Origin: Patellaria atrata CBS 101060
Taxonomy: Eukaryota
Direction: 5' to 3'
Assembly: GCA_010093705.1 (NCBI GenBank)
Contig: MU006100.1
Span: 1 to 64,000, forward strand
Length of the DNA: 64,000 nt
The notes below the pieces were generated by a model. That model did not search any database and was not told where the DNA came from. It was given only the letters and a program-made list of their open reading frames with translations. The position numbers were made by a program, and so were the translations under genes. This document shows, one piece after another, positions 1-14,083 of this stretch; the first letter of the stretch is position 1; every line of letters starts with the position of its first letter.

Positions 1-115
1 TCCTGATACTCTCAGGTGCCGGATAAACTCGTGGTCTTCGGTCTTGATACTCTCAAGCACCGGGTTGGAATATTATGTCGCCTTTCCAAGGCCGTGGTGG
101 TAGAACTTAATCTAA

Positions 116-313
116 TGTGACGGCGTAGCGGTTGTAGAGAATCGAATTGGATTGCAACTAGTATAACCTAACTACAGTGTAAAGAGATTAAGTTAAGGAA
201 AGAAGAAGTTATAGTCGCGCGATCTACTAGTATCAAGCACGTAGCGGTAGAACCTCGGCGCGACTACTACTAATAAGGGAAAGTAGGAAATGATAATCTG
301 TGACATCGTCACA
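116..313 (-). mobile_element. 5' LTR (198 bp) of a minus-strand Ty3/gypsy element whose body lies left of the window
   Basis: Termini TGTGACG (116-122) and CGTCACA (307-313) are perfect inverted repeats. The adjacent PBS-position sequence 104-113 is the exact reverse complement of LTR-internal 185-194. Confidence 0.75.
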
Positions 314-3300
314 ATAGTTAATTTAGTTATCTATACTCTAATTATTTTAGTTATTAGTTATTCTCTATAATTAACGCGACTAATAACTACTATCTAGTTA
401 TTTTAGTCGTTAGTCGTTTTCTACGACTAACGCGACTAATAATCACTATTTAAGTTATATAATTCTTTATTACTTATTCTATTTATAGTTTTTTTAAGTG
501 ATATTCTCTCCTTTTTCTTACTTATTATCTATATATTCTTATAACTTATAGTTATAACACTATCTTTCTCCTTTTTAACTTTTATCTTAAGAGTTTATTT
601 CTTTTACTTAAGTATATAATAGACGTATTATCTATTTATTAAGTTATATATATCTCTCTTTTCTTTCTTCCGAGATATTAAAAGCTAAACCCCGTCTAGT
701 CCGCCGTCGATATTACGCTATCTATATTACTTTATATAGTTATTTTATATTAATTCTTTATTTCGTTTATCGTCGTTCTTCTTATTCTTATATTATCGAT
801 ATTCTTTCTAGTTTCTATTCTAAGTGTCTTATTTATAGTTTAAAATATAATCTTATAATAATATAGAAAGACTAGAATAAGCTTAATACTTTAAAGACTT
901 AGACTTATTCTAAGTTAACTATTATTAAGAATAAGTAAGAATCCCTTTAAGCTTATATATATTATCTTTATAAATAACTTTATTCTTTTAAAGAGAAGGA
1001 ATTTAAGATATCTCGCCGTAAACTTAGTTCTATTAAGGAATTTAAAACTTTAAAGTAAATAATTAAAAGATAGTAAACTTTCTTAATTATTCTTTCTTTC
1101 TTTATTATTATATCTCCTTCTAATTAGTCTAGTTTAGATTTTTCTACTTTCGAGAGTCTAGAATTCCCTAATTTTAGCGATAAAACTATTTAAATTTCTA
1201 ATTATAATTTATTAAGTACTTAAGAGATTCCTATATATTATTTATATATTTATAGTCTTTCTATTTTACTAAATACTTATATTAACTATCTACTTATTAT
1301 AGGTCTAAGATTCGTTTTATTTTATAAATATCTTCTTCCTTAAATTCTATAGGTTATATTTAGAGTTTAGCGTTAGTATATACTAGTTTTAAAAGTAATA
1401 TATAGAAAACTAGATATATCTTTATTCTTTATAATAGTTTTAACTTATAGTTAACTTTTCTTTTAATCTATTTAACTTTAAAAGGGCCGATTTTCTTATA
1501 GTCTAGTTTCTTATTAAGTCGTTTTATTTTAAGATTTTTCTATAATAAGTAAACTTTATTCTCTCTTTTAAAGATTAGTTTTAGCGATTTATATTAATTA
1601 TTATACTTTATAATTCTTATCGTTTAAAAGGCTATATTTTATAATAACTATATATATAATTCTTTAATTTACTCGACTTTTAACGCTACTTTTTATAAGA
1701 TACTCTAAACTATTCTTAGCTTATAATATACTTCTAATTTAAAACTATAATTTATATAAAAGAGTAAAACCTTTATAATATCGAATTTCGCGTTATTATA
1801 TATAAATTATACTATTAGTAATAGCTCTATCTAGTTATTCTACTAATAATTTATATAATTACGTAAGTATTATTTTAGAGATTAATTTATTCTCTTAATT
1901 TAGCTATTTATTTATAGGTGAAAGCTTATTAATAGCTTATAATTTACCTTTAAACTCTATATTAAAGTTTATTAAAATATTAATTTAAATAGTTTATCTC
2001 TATCTAAGATAATCTCTCTTAGTATCTAATAATTTACTAGCATTATTTTTAATATTAATACTATTACTTATAATACTATTATCGTCGTCTTTATTAATAT
2101 AAAGTAAATAAACTTTATTAATTATTTTACGATAATTAATATTATATTATACTCTATTTTTATTACTAGATCTTTAAATTCTAATAGACTTATAATAAAG
2201 TCTATTATAATTAAGTTCTATACTCGCTTAGGTAGTTTAATATATTATATCTATCTATAAAGTGTATACTTTATACTTTTATTTCGTGTATAATTATTAC
2301 ATTTTAAGATAACTTATTTTACTATACTTCTTACCCTTAGAAAATAGTAATTCCTTGAAATCCTTTTTAAGATTTTATTAATATCTTAGTAACTATATAT
2401 TAATACTTTATAGATTTCTCTAGTAAGAGTCTTTTATAATATTATTAGTATATATATAAGTTTATCGTATAATTATATTCTTTAAGCTATTTTTATTACT
2501 TTAAGGTTATTACTCTTTTAAAATTCTTCTATTATACTATCCTTTTAATAGATATCACGAATTTATTATTCTCTCGTAGATTCGATTATTAGTATTATGG
2601 TTAATCTTAGCTAGTTATAAGTGATTACGTTATTTTCTTTCTTTAATATTATATTATATACTAATTTTATTTCTTTTAGATAATTAGATCTTCTATTTAT
2701 AATATTAGCTAGTTTATTTTTAACTCTTAATTTATAGAATATCTTAAAGTTAAAAGATATAAGTATCTTTATCTATTTTACTTATCTTCGATTTAACTTT
2801 TTTATTATAAGGAAGTTCGTTAGATTTTAATAATTTAACTAAACTTTTATAATATACTTAGATTCTTTAAAATATAATCTCTATTATTCGAATACGTCGA
2901 TAATTACTAATAACTCTTTATCGTGTATATTATAGTTTAGCTTTATAGCTATAAACTTTTATAAATAAAAGATTATTAGATATAATTATCCTTTCTTATC
3001 TAGTTAACTTATATATATATATATCTAGTATATAATTAGATATATTAGTTTTTAGTACTATTAATTTCTCTAAGTTAAATATAACTAAGATAAATATTAT
3101 AATAAATTTCTTCTTAAATTCGTCGAATACTTTCTACGCCTTTTCTATCTAAATAAAGGTATTATCCTTCTTTATTAGTTCTAATAGTAGCGTTATTACT
3201 TTCGAGTACCCTTAAATAAACTTTTAATAATAGTTTATAAAGCTTAAGAACGATTATATATTCTTTATATTCTTTAACGTTAGCTAATTTTCGATTACGA

Positions 3301-5600
3301 CTATCTTTTTTAGGTCTACTTATATATCTTTAATAGTAATAATAAAGCCTAGAAATTCCGTCTCTTTAATATAGAATTTATATTTATCTAGATAAATTAG
3401 GAGTCTTTTCTCTCTTAATTTCCTTAATACTTTTTTTATATACTTCCTATACTCTTTAAATATTCTATTTATATATACTAGTATATTATCTAGGTAAATA
3501 GTTATAAATATATTTAAATATTCTTTTAATATATAATTAATCACTACTTAGAATATTACTAGAGCGTTAATTAAGTTAAATAATATTACTATATATTTAT
3601 ATAGTTTAAACTTTATTTTTATAGTTATCTTTTATTCTTCGCCTTCTTTTATCCTAATTCGATAGTAATTATCTTAGATATTAAATTTTATAAACTATTT
3701 TACTTTTTATAACCTATCTTAAATTTCTAAGATTAAAGGTAATAAATATCTATTCTTAACTATAATATCGTTTAACTATCTATAATTAATATATAATCTT
3801 AGCTTATTATTCTTCTTTAGTATAAATAAAATCGGTGAAGCTATTAAGTTTTTATTAAATTATATATATCTCTTTTCTAAGTTAGTATAAATATATTCTT
3901 TAAATACTTTATATTATTCTCTTAATAATAGGTAAATAGAATTAGATTATAATTTTATACTCTTCTTTAATATTATTTTATAATTCTATATCTAGTAATT
4001 TAAAAGTATAGTTATTATATCTTCCTTAAATAAATCTTTAAACTTATTATACTCTTTAGATATTTTAAGTTTTTCGAAAATCTTTTCGATATTTATTTTC
4101 CTAAGCTATACTATATTTACACTTTTAGATTTATTTCTATAAATCTTTATTATTTTATAGTGCGAAATACGTTCTATAGATATATTAATGTCTATCTATT
4201 TAATATATCTCGTTTATTTAACTTTATTCTTTTTTAAAGTATTTTAATTAATTTAGATACTTCTTATTTTCTAGTTAATATTTAAGTTTATTATTTATAA
4301 CTAGTCTATCTCTAGAATTATATCTATATCTTCTAAATTAATTATAAAGATATATTAAATAGTTACCTTCTCTTATATATTAACTTCTATTAATATAGTC
4401 TTAAAGTTAATTAGACCTTATCTATATTCTATTCCTTTATTATTTTCTAATTATAACGGGACTAGATTTTTAAGTTTTATATAAGATATACTTTTCTTCT
4501 CTACTTATCGAGATAAAATAAACGAATCGGTGGCGTTATTATTAACTAACGCTATCGTTCTTTTACTATATATAGTAATATCTATTTAAAGTGTTTTATT
4601 ATTACTTTATAAGATTCTAAAAAATTTAAAAGTTATACTTCTTAATTATTCTTATCTTAAGTAGCTTAATAGTTTTTTATATAGCCGTACGTTAAATAAC
4701 TAGGCTTTATATACTTAGTCTAGTATAATCTATTATATCTATTATAATACGGGCCTTTACGATATTCTTTATATTCGAGCTTTCGATATTCTCGTTTAAT
4801 AATTATATTATAGCTTAGGTTACTTTTAATTCCTACTTTTTATCTCTATACTATATAATAGTTATATTATATATCTTTTATTATATATTATTTAAAGTCT
4901 TATATATTATATTTAATAATATATTTAAGTATTTCTTTATTATTTTAAAGTACTTCTATCTTTTATAGAAATACTTTTTCTTTATAAAATTCTTCTTTTA
5001 AATCTTTATAATATTAGTAATCTATACTATATTTATAGTCTTTCCACGTTATTACTATATATCCCGTATAGATTAGTGTTTAATAATATCGCCTATATTT
5101 AAACTTATTTATATAATCGAAACTATTATACTTCTTATAATTATCTATTAATAGTTCGAGTTTTTAGTTCTTTTTAAGTATTCTTATTTTATCTTTATAG
5201 ATTTTATATCCTTTTATCTAGTATTCGCCTTTAGGTAAATATTCGTATATAAAATCTTAATCTTTAAACTTTATTATAGCCTTTTATTATTTATAATATA
5301 AGTAGTTATCCTCTTTATATTATATTTATTAAAAGGCTAGGTAATCTTCTACTCTCGATATAAGATTTAACTATTATTCTTCGATAATCGCGTCGGTATA
5401 TTCTAGGACGTCTTTTTTAAGATACGCTAATATATTAAGTATATATTTATTATTATCTATTAACTCTATTTTCTTATAATAGATCTTTATTTAAGTTAAA
5501 AATTCTCTTAACTTATCTCGTTTACTATTATATAATACGGGTTCTTTAACTTTCGCGGTCCGCTTTTATAGTGATAATAACTATACGGTAAATTATTAAA
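314..5600 (-). mobile_element. RIP-inactivated Ty3/gypsy chromovirus, family A copy 1 (gag-pol, 3' LTR remnant 314-559, 5' end truncated)
   Basis: RT YLDNILVY (degenerate YLDD) in ORF 3320-3544. Chromodomain remnant YKIKRILD...YKYLVK*KDY...*ES at ~1210-1340. Polypurine tract 560-576 (minus strand) abuts the LTR end at 559. The gag segment 5548-5600 matches 23642-23690. Confidence 0.9.
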
Positions 5601-8600
5601 GAGATAATATAAAAGAAAGATTTAACTTTAAAATAAAATAAACTTTTTAACTTTAAATATAAATATTTTATTAATAAATAATTTATAAAGGGTTTATACT
5701 TAATTAATATTAATATATTCGTTTTAAACTTCGTTAATAAAGGCTTTATATAAAAATATAAGTTTAAATCGATAATATTAAAAGATTTAATAATACTAAA
5801 ATTAATTAATAATAAATCTATAAAATAATTAATATATATAGTATTAATTAAATTAAAGATTAGATATTATATAAATTAGTAATTATATTATATAATTAAT
5901 TTAAGCTTTAATTATATATATAAAATATTATAGATAAAATAATATAATTTATCTCTAAAATTCGAAATTAATAAATTTATATTTAATTTTAACTACTATC
6001 TAGCTTATTATAATAAAGACTACCGGTTTTATATAGTTTATAGTTTAAATATAAAGTAAGTAGATAAAAATAAAGCTATATAAATTAAATATAAAAATAT
6101 TTATAAAGTCTTAACTTAAACCTTTTATAAAATATTAATAAAAGTAGAGAATATAATAATTATATTAATTTTATAAAGCTTTAAAATACTAGATAATAAT
6201 AATAATAATAATATTAAATAGATAAAAGCACTCGCTATAAATCTAATAATAATTATAGTTAAAGACTATAAAAAGTTTTTCGTTAAAATTATAAAAGAAT
6301 CTATAATAAAAAAGAAGTTAAAGAAAAAGATATTAAAGAAATATTAACTATAATTAGATAAATAAAACTTAAAAAAAGCTAATAAACTTTTAAAATAATA
6401 TTATATTATAAATTATAGAATTAATCTTATTTTAAATATTATTTTACTAGTTAAAAAGATATTTAGACTTTTAAGAGATTAAACACTTATTATATAAAAG
6501 TATATTAAAAATATATTTAATAGAGGCTATATTCGATTAAATATATTATTATTTATAGTATCTATTTTAATAGTAAAAAAGCTAGATAATAGTTTATATA
6601 TTTATATTAATTATAAAGAACTAAATACTATTATAATTAAGAAATATAATATATTACTATTAATTAAAGATATATTTAATTAATTTTATAAAATGAAAAT
6701 CTACTCTAAATTTAATATTATTATAGCCTTTAATAAAATAAGAATAAAGAATAAAGATAAAGATAAAATAGTTTTTCTAATTAGATATAAATTATTTAAA
6801 TATATAGTAATATTATTTAGATTATATAATATATTTAAAATATTCTAAGTATTTATAAATAATATATTAAGAGATTATTTTAATATATTCTATATAATAT
6901 ATTTAGATAATATATTAATATTTAATAATAATAAAAAGAAATATATAAGATATATTTAATAAATACTTAATAAATTACGTCTAATAAAAGTTTATCTAGA
7001 TATTAATAAATATAAGTTTAAAATTAAAAAGATAATATATTTAGAGCTAATTATTATAATTAATAGTATCGAGATAAATTTAAAGAAGATTAAGGCGATC
7101 TAAAATTAATTATAACTATAATATCTTCGCGATATATAGACGTTTTTAGGCTTAGCGAATTTCTATAAAAGATTTATTTAAGATTACTTTAGTATAATAA
7201 TATCGTTACTAGCTTTTACTAAAATCGAGAATAAAAAGATAATATATCTATAATAATTAGATATTATAAAAAATTAAGTCTTTAAAAAGTTAAAAGTAAT
7301 ATTTAAATTAGACTTAATTCTAACGTATTTTAATCTAGATAAGTAATATTAGTTTAAGATAAATATTTTAAACTATATTATTACTATTATATTATTATAA
7401 AAGAATAAGGATAGAGTATTTCGGCTAATAATATTTCTATTATAAAAGATAATACCCGCGGAGTATAATTATAATATCTATAATAAAGAGTTATTAGTTA
7501 TAGTTAAAACGTTTAAGAAATAAAAGTTTAAGCTAATAAAAATATTTATTAAAAATCTAATTAAGATAATAATAAATTATTAAAATTTAAAACGATTTAT
7601 AATTATAAAAAAGCTTAATAGATAATAAATATATTAAATTAAGTTTCTATTAAAGTTTAATTTTAAGATTACCTACTAACTAGATAAGTAAGATATTATA
7701 TTAAACGCTTTAATATATAGATTATAAGATCTATTATCTAAAGATATAGACGATTAAAAATAGTATTAAATTTAAATAATACTATAAGAATAGAATCTAG
7801 ACTAAAATTCTTTTATAACTATAAATTTAATAAATTAAGTTAATAATAATATTACTTTAAAAGTTATAGAACTAGCTATAATAATCTATATCTTAGAAGA
7901 AAAGAAGTATTAAAAAAAGAAGTTAAAGTTTAAATCTTCTAAAATAAATTCTTTAAATAAACTAAATATATAAGCGACTAAAGACGATATAATTAAAAGA
8001 AAGTTAAAGTTTAAATTTAAAACGATAAATTTAATAGTAAAGATTATATAATAGATTCGTGAAAAGATAAAAGATAAAAGATATTATAAGCTATTATTCT
8101 CGCGAAAAAGAAGTAAGTTTAACGAGTACTAAATTATTTACTTAAAACTAGTATATATATAAAGCTAGATAATTATAAGATAAAAGACTAGATTCTATAT
8201 TATAGATAAAGAATATAGATATTAAAAGATATTTATATAATAGTAATTAAAATATATTATAATAATAAGATTAATAGCCACGATAATAAAATAATAATAT
8301 ATAATAAAATAGCTTAATATTACTTCTAGCTAAGTATAATAGTATTAGTAATAACTTATATTAAAGTTTACTTAACTTATCGATAAATAAGTATATATAA
8401 AGAGGGAAAATAGAAACTATTAAGACTATTACCCGTGTTAAATCGCTACTAGAATAATATAGTTATAGACTTTATTAAGTCTTTATCGAAGTGCGTGTAT
8501 AAAGGAATCACGTATAAGAACGTGCTTATAGTAATAAATCGCTTATCGAAAAAGTATAGATTTATCTCTCTATCTAGATTAAAAGTCGATAATATAGTTT

Positions 8601-10284
8601 AAATATATATCGAGTAAATATAGCGAGAAGAAGGCTATCTATAATTAATTATCTTTAATTAAGAAATATAGTTTACGTTATATTTCTAGTAAAGACTCTA
8701 TAAGAGGATTAGCAGGAAACCGAAGCTTTTAATAATATAGTATCCGGAAATAGACGATTAAACGAAAATAGCGAATAGATTATTAAAGATATATCTAAGA
8801 TATTTTATAGCTTATTATTAAGACGACTAGATTAATTTTCTACTATTTATAAAGTATAAAGTAAACTTATACTAAAGCGAAATAATAAATCTTTTATTCT
8901 TTAAAATAATAAAAGGCTATATATTATAATCTAATTTAGAACCTAAAGAGATATAAATAAAAGATTAAGAAGAGAAAGCTATAAATAAGTTAATTAAATA
9001 AATAGATACTCTTTAGTAACGCCTACGAGAAAATATAAAATAGGTTTAAGCTAAATAGGAAAAATATACTAATAAGTTAAAAATACTAGTATTAGAGCTT
9101 AAAATCGGCGATAAAGTAATACTAGATATATATAATATTAAGATAATAAGGCTAAATAAAAAGCTAGATCTTAAGTATTAAGGCTTATTTAAGATTATAA
9201 AAGTGATAAATAATATAGCTTATAAACTAAAACTATTTAAGTCGATAAATAAAATCTTTTCTATCTTCTATTTATAGCTATTATATTTATAAGAAAAAGT
9301 AAGCTTATTAAGCTAAATATAGAAATTAATTCTAGTAATTAAAGTCTATAGAGATAGTTTAAATAAATACGAAGTTAAAGAAATCTTAGACTTAAAAGAG
9401 ATTAAAAGACTCGATTTATTTATATATAAGAAACTATTATTAAGATATCTTATTAAATAAAAAAGCTATAGACCTAAAGATAATTAATAGATAGATTAGC
9501 TAAATATATTATATTATCTAGAACTAGTATATATCTTTTATCGTAAGTATTTAAATAAACTTAAGTTATATAAGATCTATAATAAACTAAAGCTTTAAAA
9601 ATATCTAATAATAATATCTCTAATCATCTTAATATCTATAGATAGCCCGGCGGATATTAAATTAAGGGAGTAAATCTCTCTTTAAAAGTAGTACGACTAA
9701 ATAATTAAGAAGATTACTTAATAGGCTACTTTATAAAATTTAAAAACGAGAAAGAGATACTACTAGCCTTTATTATAATATAGCTAAATATAATTTTATA
9801 AGCCTTCGACGAAGCCGAAGCCGAAGTCGAAGTTAACGGGCTAAGCTAAATATTATAAAAACGATTATTTAATATAAACTAGCCTATTTAAGTTCTTAGT
9901 TTAAATCGACTCCATTTCGCGATTCCGATAGCTTTAAAATCGACGAATAACGTATAACGACGCCACCGTGATTAATAACTATAATAATAAGTTAGAAATA
10001 AAATAAGATATACCCTATAGTCTATATATATTAGAGTTATAACGTATAATAAAATAGTTACTATAAAGATAATAGAATAATCGTTTATAAGGAAGGGAGT
10101 AATATTATAATTTAATACTTATATATATATATCCTATAATTATATAGCCTTATCTTATTAGATAAGATTCTTTAATATAATAATTATATTAACGATTCTT
10201 TATAATTTATAGATAATTAGTTCTAATATATTTATTAATACTTAATATTATTAGTTTATCTATTATATTAATATACCCTTATAA
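5600..10284 (+). mobile_element. RIP-inactivated Ty3/gypsy chromovirus, family B (protease-RT-RNaseH-integrase-chromodomain, PPT, 3' LTR), 5' truncated
   Basis: YLDNILIF at ~6900; RNaseH EYNYNIYNKELLVIV at ~7461; integrase VINRLSK at ~8531 and YPEIDD*TKIAN (HPETDGQTE-like) at ~8741; chromodomain YEVKEILD...YLIK*KSY at ~9368-9470; PPT AAGGAAGGGAGTAA 10089-10102 followed by TATTATAA (RIP-mutated TG.. LTR start). The right boundary is approximate. Confidence 0.88.
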
Positions 10285-11740
10285 TATTATATAAAAATAA
10301 TATAATAAATAAAGTTAAATTTAAAGCTATAATATTTAAATTTATAAATAAAATTAATAATAAAAATAATTATAAAGAATTTAAATATATAAAAGAAAAA
10401 TTATTTTTAAATATTTCTATTTTTTATAATTTAATTTAATAGTATTTATTTTATTTATTTTATTTATCTTTTAAATATATTAAATATATTAATTATTTTA
10501 CTCGCTTTACTTATTTTCTAAATATATTAAGTATATTAAGTATATTAATTATATTATATAATCTTTTATTTATAATAATTATTTTATTCTAATATTTTTA
10601 TATTATTATTTAATAGATAATATTATTTCTTTATCTTATAATTATAATAATATATTTTTTTATAACTTTTATTTTTTTATTATAAAGTTTAATTTTATTA
10701 ATTTTATTTTATTATAAACTTTCTTTAATCTTTTTCTTTTTAAAGATATTAAAAGTAAAAAGTTCTATAATTTACTATTATTATTATATATTAAAGATAA
10801 ACTTTTTTAGTTTTATAATATTTTTTTTCTATTTTATTTATTTTTCTCGCGGTTTTATCTATTATATTAATTTAAAAATTAATTATTATATTAAATATCA
10901 TTATATTATTTAAAAATATAATCTAATTTTATTAAAGAAAAAGTTTATTTATATAAATAATTTAATATTTTCTTTTTATTTATAATTAATTAAAATTAAA
11001 AATTAATAAAAAATTAATAAAAAATTCTTTAATTATAAATTTATTATTTTTAGAAATAATTTTATTTAATTAAGTTTTATTTTAATAAATTACTTATTTA
11101 TAAATCTATTTTAGTTAAGTAATTAAAGATTTTAAAATAAAAAATTAAAAAATAATAAACATTTTAAAATATCTTTATTTCTTCTTTTATTATATTTTTT
11201 TTTTAAATTAATTTAAGTTAAATTTCTTTATTTTTATAAACTTAGAAATTTTTTATTTTAGTAATAAAATTATTTAAAATTTTAATAATAATTTATAAAG
11301 TATTTAAATAATTTTAATATATTATTTATATATTTATAATTCTTTTATTTTATTTAATATTTCTATTAATTATTTATTTATTATAAATTTAAAATATATT
11401 TTATTTAAAAAATATCTTTTTTCTTAGATTTTATAAATTATATTTAAATTTTAATATTAATAGATATTAATTTTAAAAATAATATATAGAAAATTAAATA
11501 TATCTTTATTTCTTTAAATAGTTTAAATTTATAGTTAATTTTTTCTTTAATTTATTTAATTTTAAAATAATAAATTTTCTTATAATTTAGTTTTTTATTA
11601 AATTATTTTATTTTAAGATTTTTTTAAAATAAATAAACTTTATCTTCTTTTTTAAAGATTAATTTTAATAATTTATATTTATTATTATATTTTATAGTTT
11701 TTATTATTTAGAAAATTATATTTTATAATAATTAATTATA

Positions 11741-12038
11741 TAATTTATTTAATTTATTTAATTTATTTAATTTATTTAATTTATTTAATTTATTTAATTT
11801 ATTTAATTTATTTAATTTATTTAATTTATTTAATTNNNNNNNNNNNNNNNNNNNNNNNNNNNNNNNNNNNNNNNNNNNNNNNNNNNNNNNNNNNNNNNNN
11901 NNNNNNNNNNNNNNNNNNNNNNNNNNNNNNNNNNNTAATTTATTTAATTTATTTAATTTATTTAATTTATTTAATTTATTTAATTTATTTAATTTATTTA
12001 ATTTATTTAATTTATTTAATTTATTTAATTTATTTAAT
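11741..12038. repeat. 9-bp tandem repeat (AATTTATTT)n spanning a 100-N gap (11836-11935)
   Basis: Perfect 9-bp period on both sides of the gap. Confidence 0.95.
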
Positions 12039-14083
12039 CTTTAATATTATTTTTTATAAAATACTTTAAATTATTTTTAATTTATAATATATCTTTAATT
12101 TAAAACTATAATTTATTTATAAAAATTTAATCTTTATAATATTAAATTTTATATTATTATATATAAATTATATTATTTATAATAATTTTATTTAATTATT
12201 TTATTAGTAATTTTTATAATTATATAAATATTATTTTAAAAATCAATTTATTCTCTTAATTTAACTATTTATTTATAAATAAAAACTTATTAATAATTTA
12301 TAATTTATCTTTAAACTTTATATTAAAAATTTTTTAAATATTTAATAATTAATTAATTCTATCTTTAATATTATTATTATTATTAATAAGACTATTATTA
12401 TTAGCTTTATTAATATAAAATAGATTAACTTTATTAATTATTTAATAATTATTAATATTAAATTATATTTTATTTTTATTATTAAATTTATAAATTTTAA
12501 AAAATTAATAATAGAGTTTATTATAATTAAATTTAATACTTATTTTAATAATTTAATATATTATATTTATTTATAAAATTTGGATTTTATATTCTTATTT
12601 TATATATAATTATTATATTTTAAAATAATTTATTTTATTATATTTTTTACTTTTAAAAAATAGTAATTTCTTAAAATTCTTTTTAAAATTTTATTAATAT
12701 CTTAATAATTATATAATAATACTTTATAAATCTTTTTAATAAAAGTCTTTTATAATATTATTAATATATATATAATTTTATGATATAATTATATTTTTTA
12801 AACTATTTTTATTATTTTAAAATTATTACTTTTTTAGAATTTCTTTATTATATTATCTTTTTAATAAATATTATAAATTTATTATTCTCTTATAAATTTA
12901 ATTATTAATATTATAGTTAATTTTAATTAATTATAAATAATTATATTATTTTCTTTTTTTATAATATTATATTATATATTAGTTTTATTTTTTTTAAATA
13001 ATTAAATCTTTTATTTATAATATTAATTAATTTATTTTTAACTTTTAATTTATAAAATATTTTTATCTATTTTATTTATTTTTAATTAAATTCCTTTATT
13101 ATTAGAAAATTTATAAAATTCTTATACTTTAATTAAATATTTATAATAAATTTAAGTTTTTTAAAATATAATTTTTATTATTTAAATATATTAATAATTA
13201 TTAATAACTTTTTATTATATATATTATAGTTTAATTTTATTATTAATATAAAATATTATTAAATATTATATACTATTAAATATTATAAAATTTCTTAATA
13301 TAAATATTTTATTATAGAAAATATTAAATTAATTATTATTAAATAGAGAATCTATATAATTTATATTTATATTAAATTTAGAAATCTCTTTTAAATTCTT
13401 TTTATATATTTAAATATTATATTTAGTTTCTTTATAATTTCTATAATATTATATAGATAGTTAAACTATTTTATAATTATTATTATTTTTAGTCTTTTTT
13501 AATCGCTAAATATTATAAACGTTTTAATAATTATTTTCATTAATATTTTATTATATTAATATTTTATATTAATATTTTTCGTAAATATTAAATTTTATAT
13601 TAATATTTTTCGTAAATATTAAATTTTATAAACTATTTTACTCTTTATAATTTATCTTAAATTTTTAAAATTAAGAATAATAAATATCTATTTTTAATTA
13701 TAATATTCTTTAATTATTTTTAATTAATATATAATTTTAATTTATTATTTTTCTTTAATATAAATAAAATTAATAATATTATTAAACTTTTATTAAATTA
13801 TATATATCTTTTTTCTAAATTTATATAAATATATTTTTTAAATATTATATATTATTCTTATAATAATAAATAAATAAAACTAGATTATAATTTTAAACTT
13901 TTTTTTAATATTATTTTATAATTTTATATTTAATAATTTATAAATATAATTATTATATCTTTTTAAAATAATTTTTTAAATTTATTATACTTTTTAAATA
14001 TTTTAAATTCTTTTATATTCTTTTTAATATTTATCTTTCTAAATTATATTACTTTTATATTTTAAAATTTATTATTATAAATC

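Noticed and set aside
3320..3544. 74-aa ORF as a functional reverse transcriptase gene
   Set aside because: It is a chance stop-free piece of RIP-destroyed pol; YLDD is mutated to YLDN and the flanks are full of stops.
11741..12038. Tandem array as CRISPR or telomere
   Set aside because: It is a spacerless 9-bp AT repeat inside a decayed retroelement in a eukaryote, and is not TTAGGG-like.
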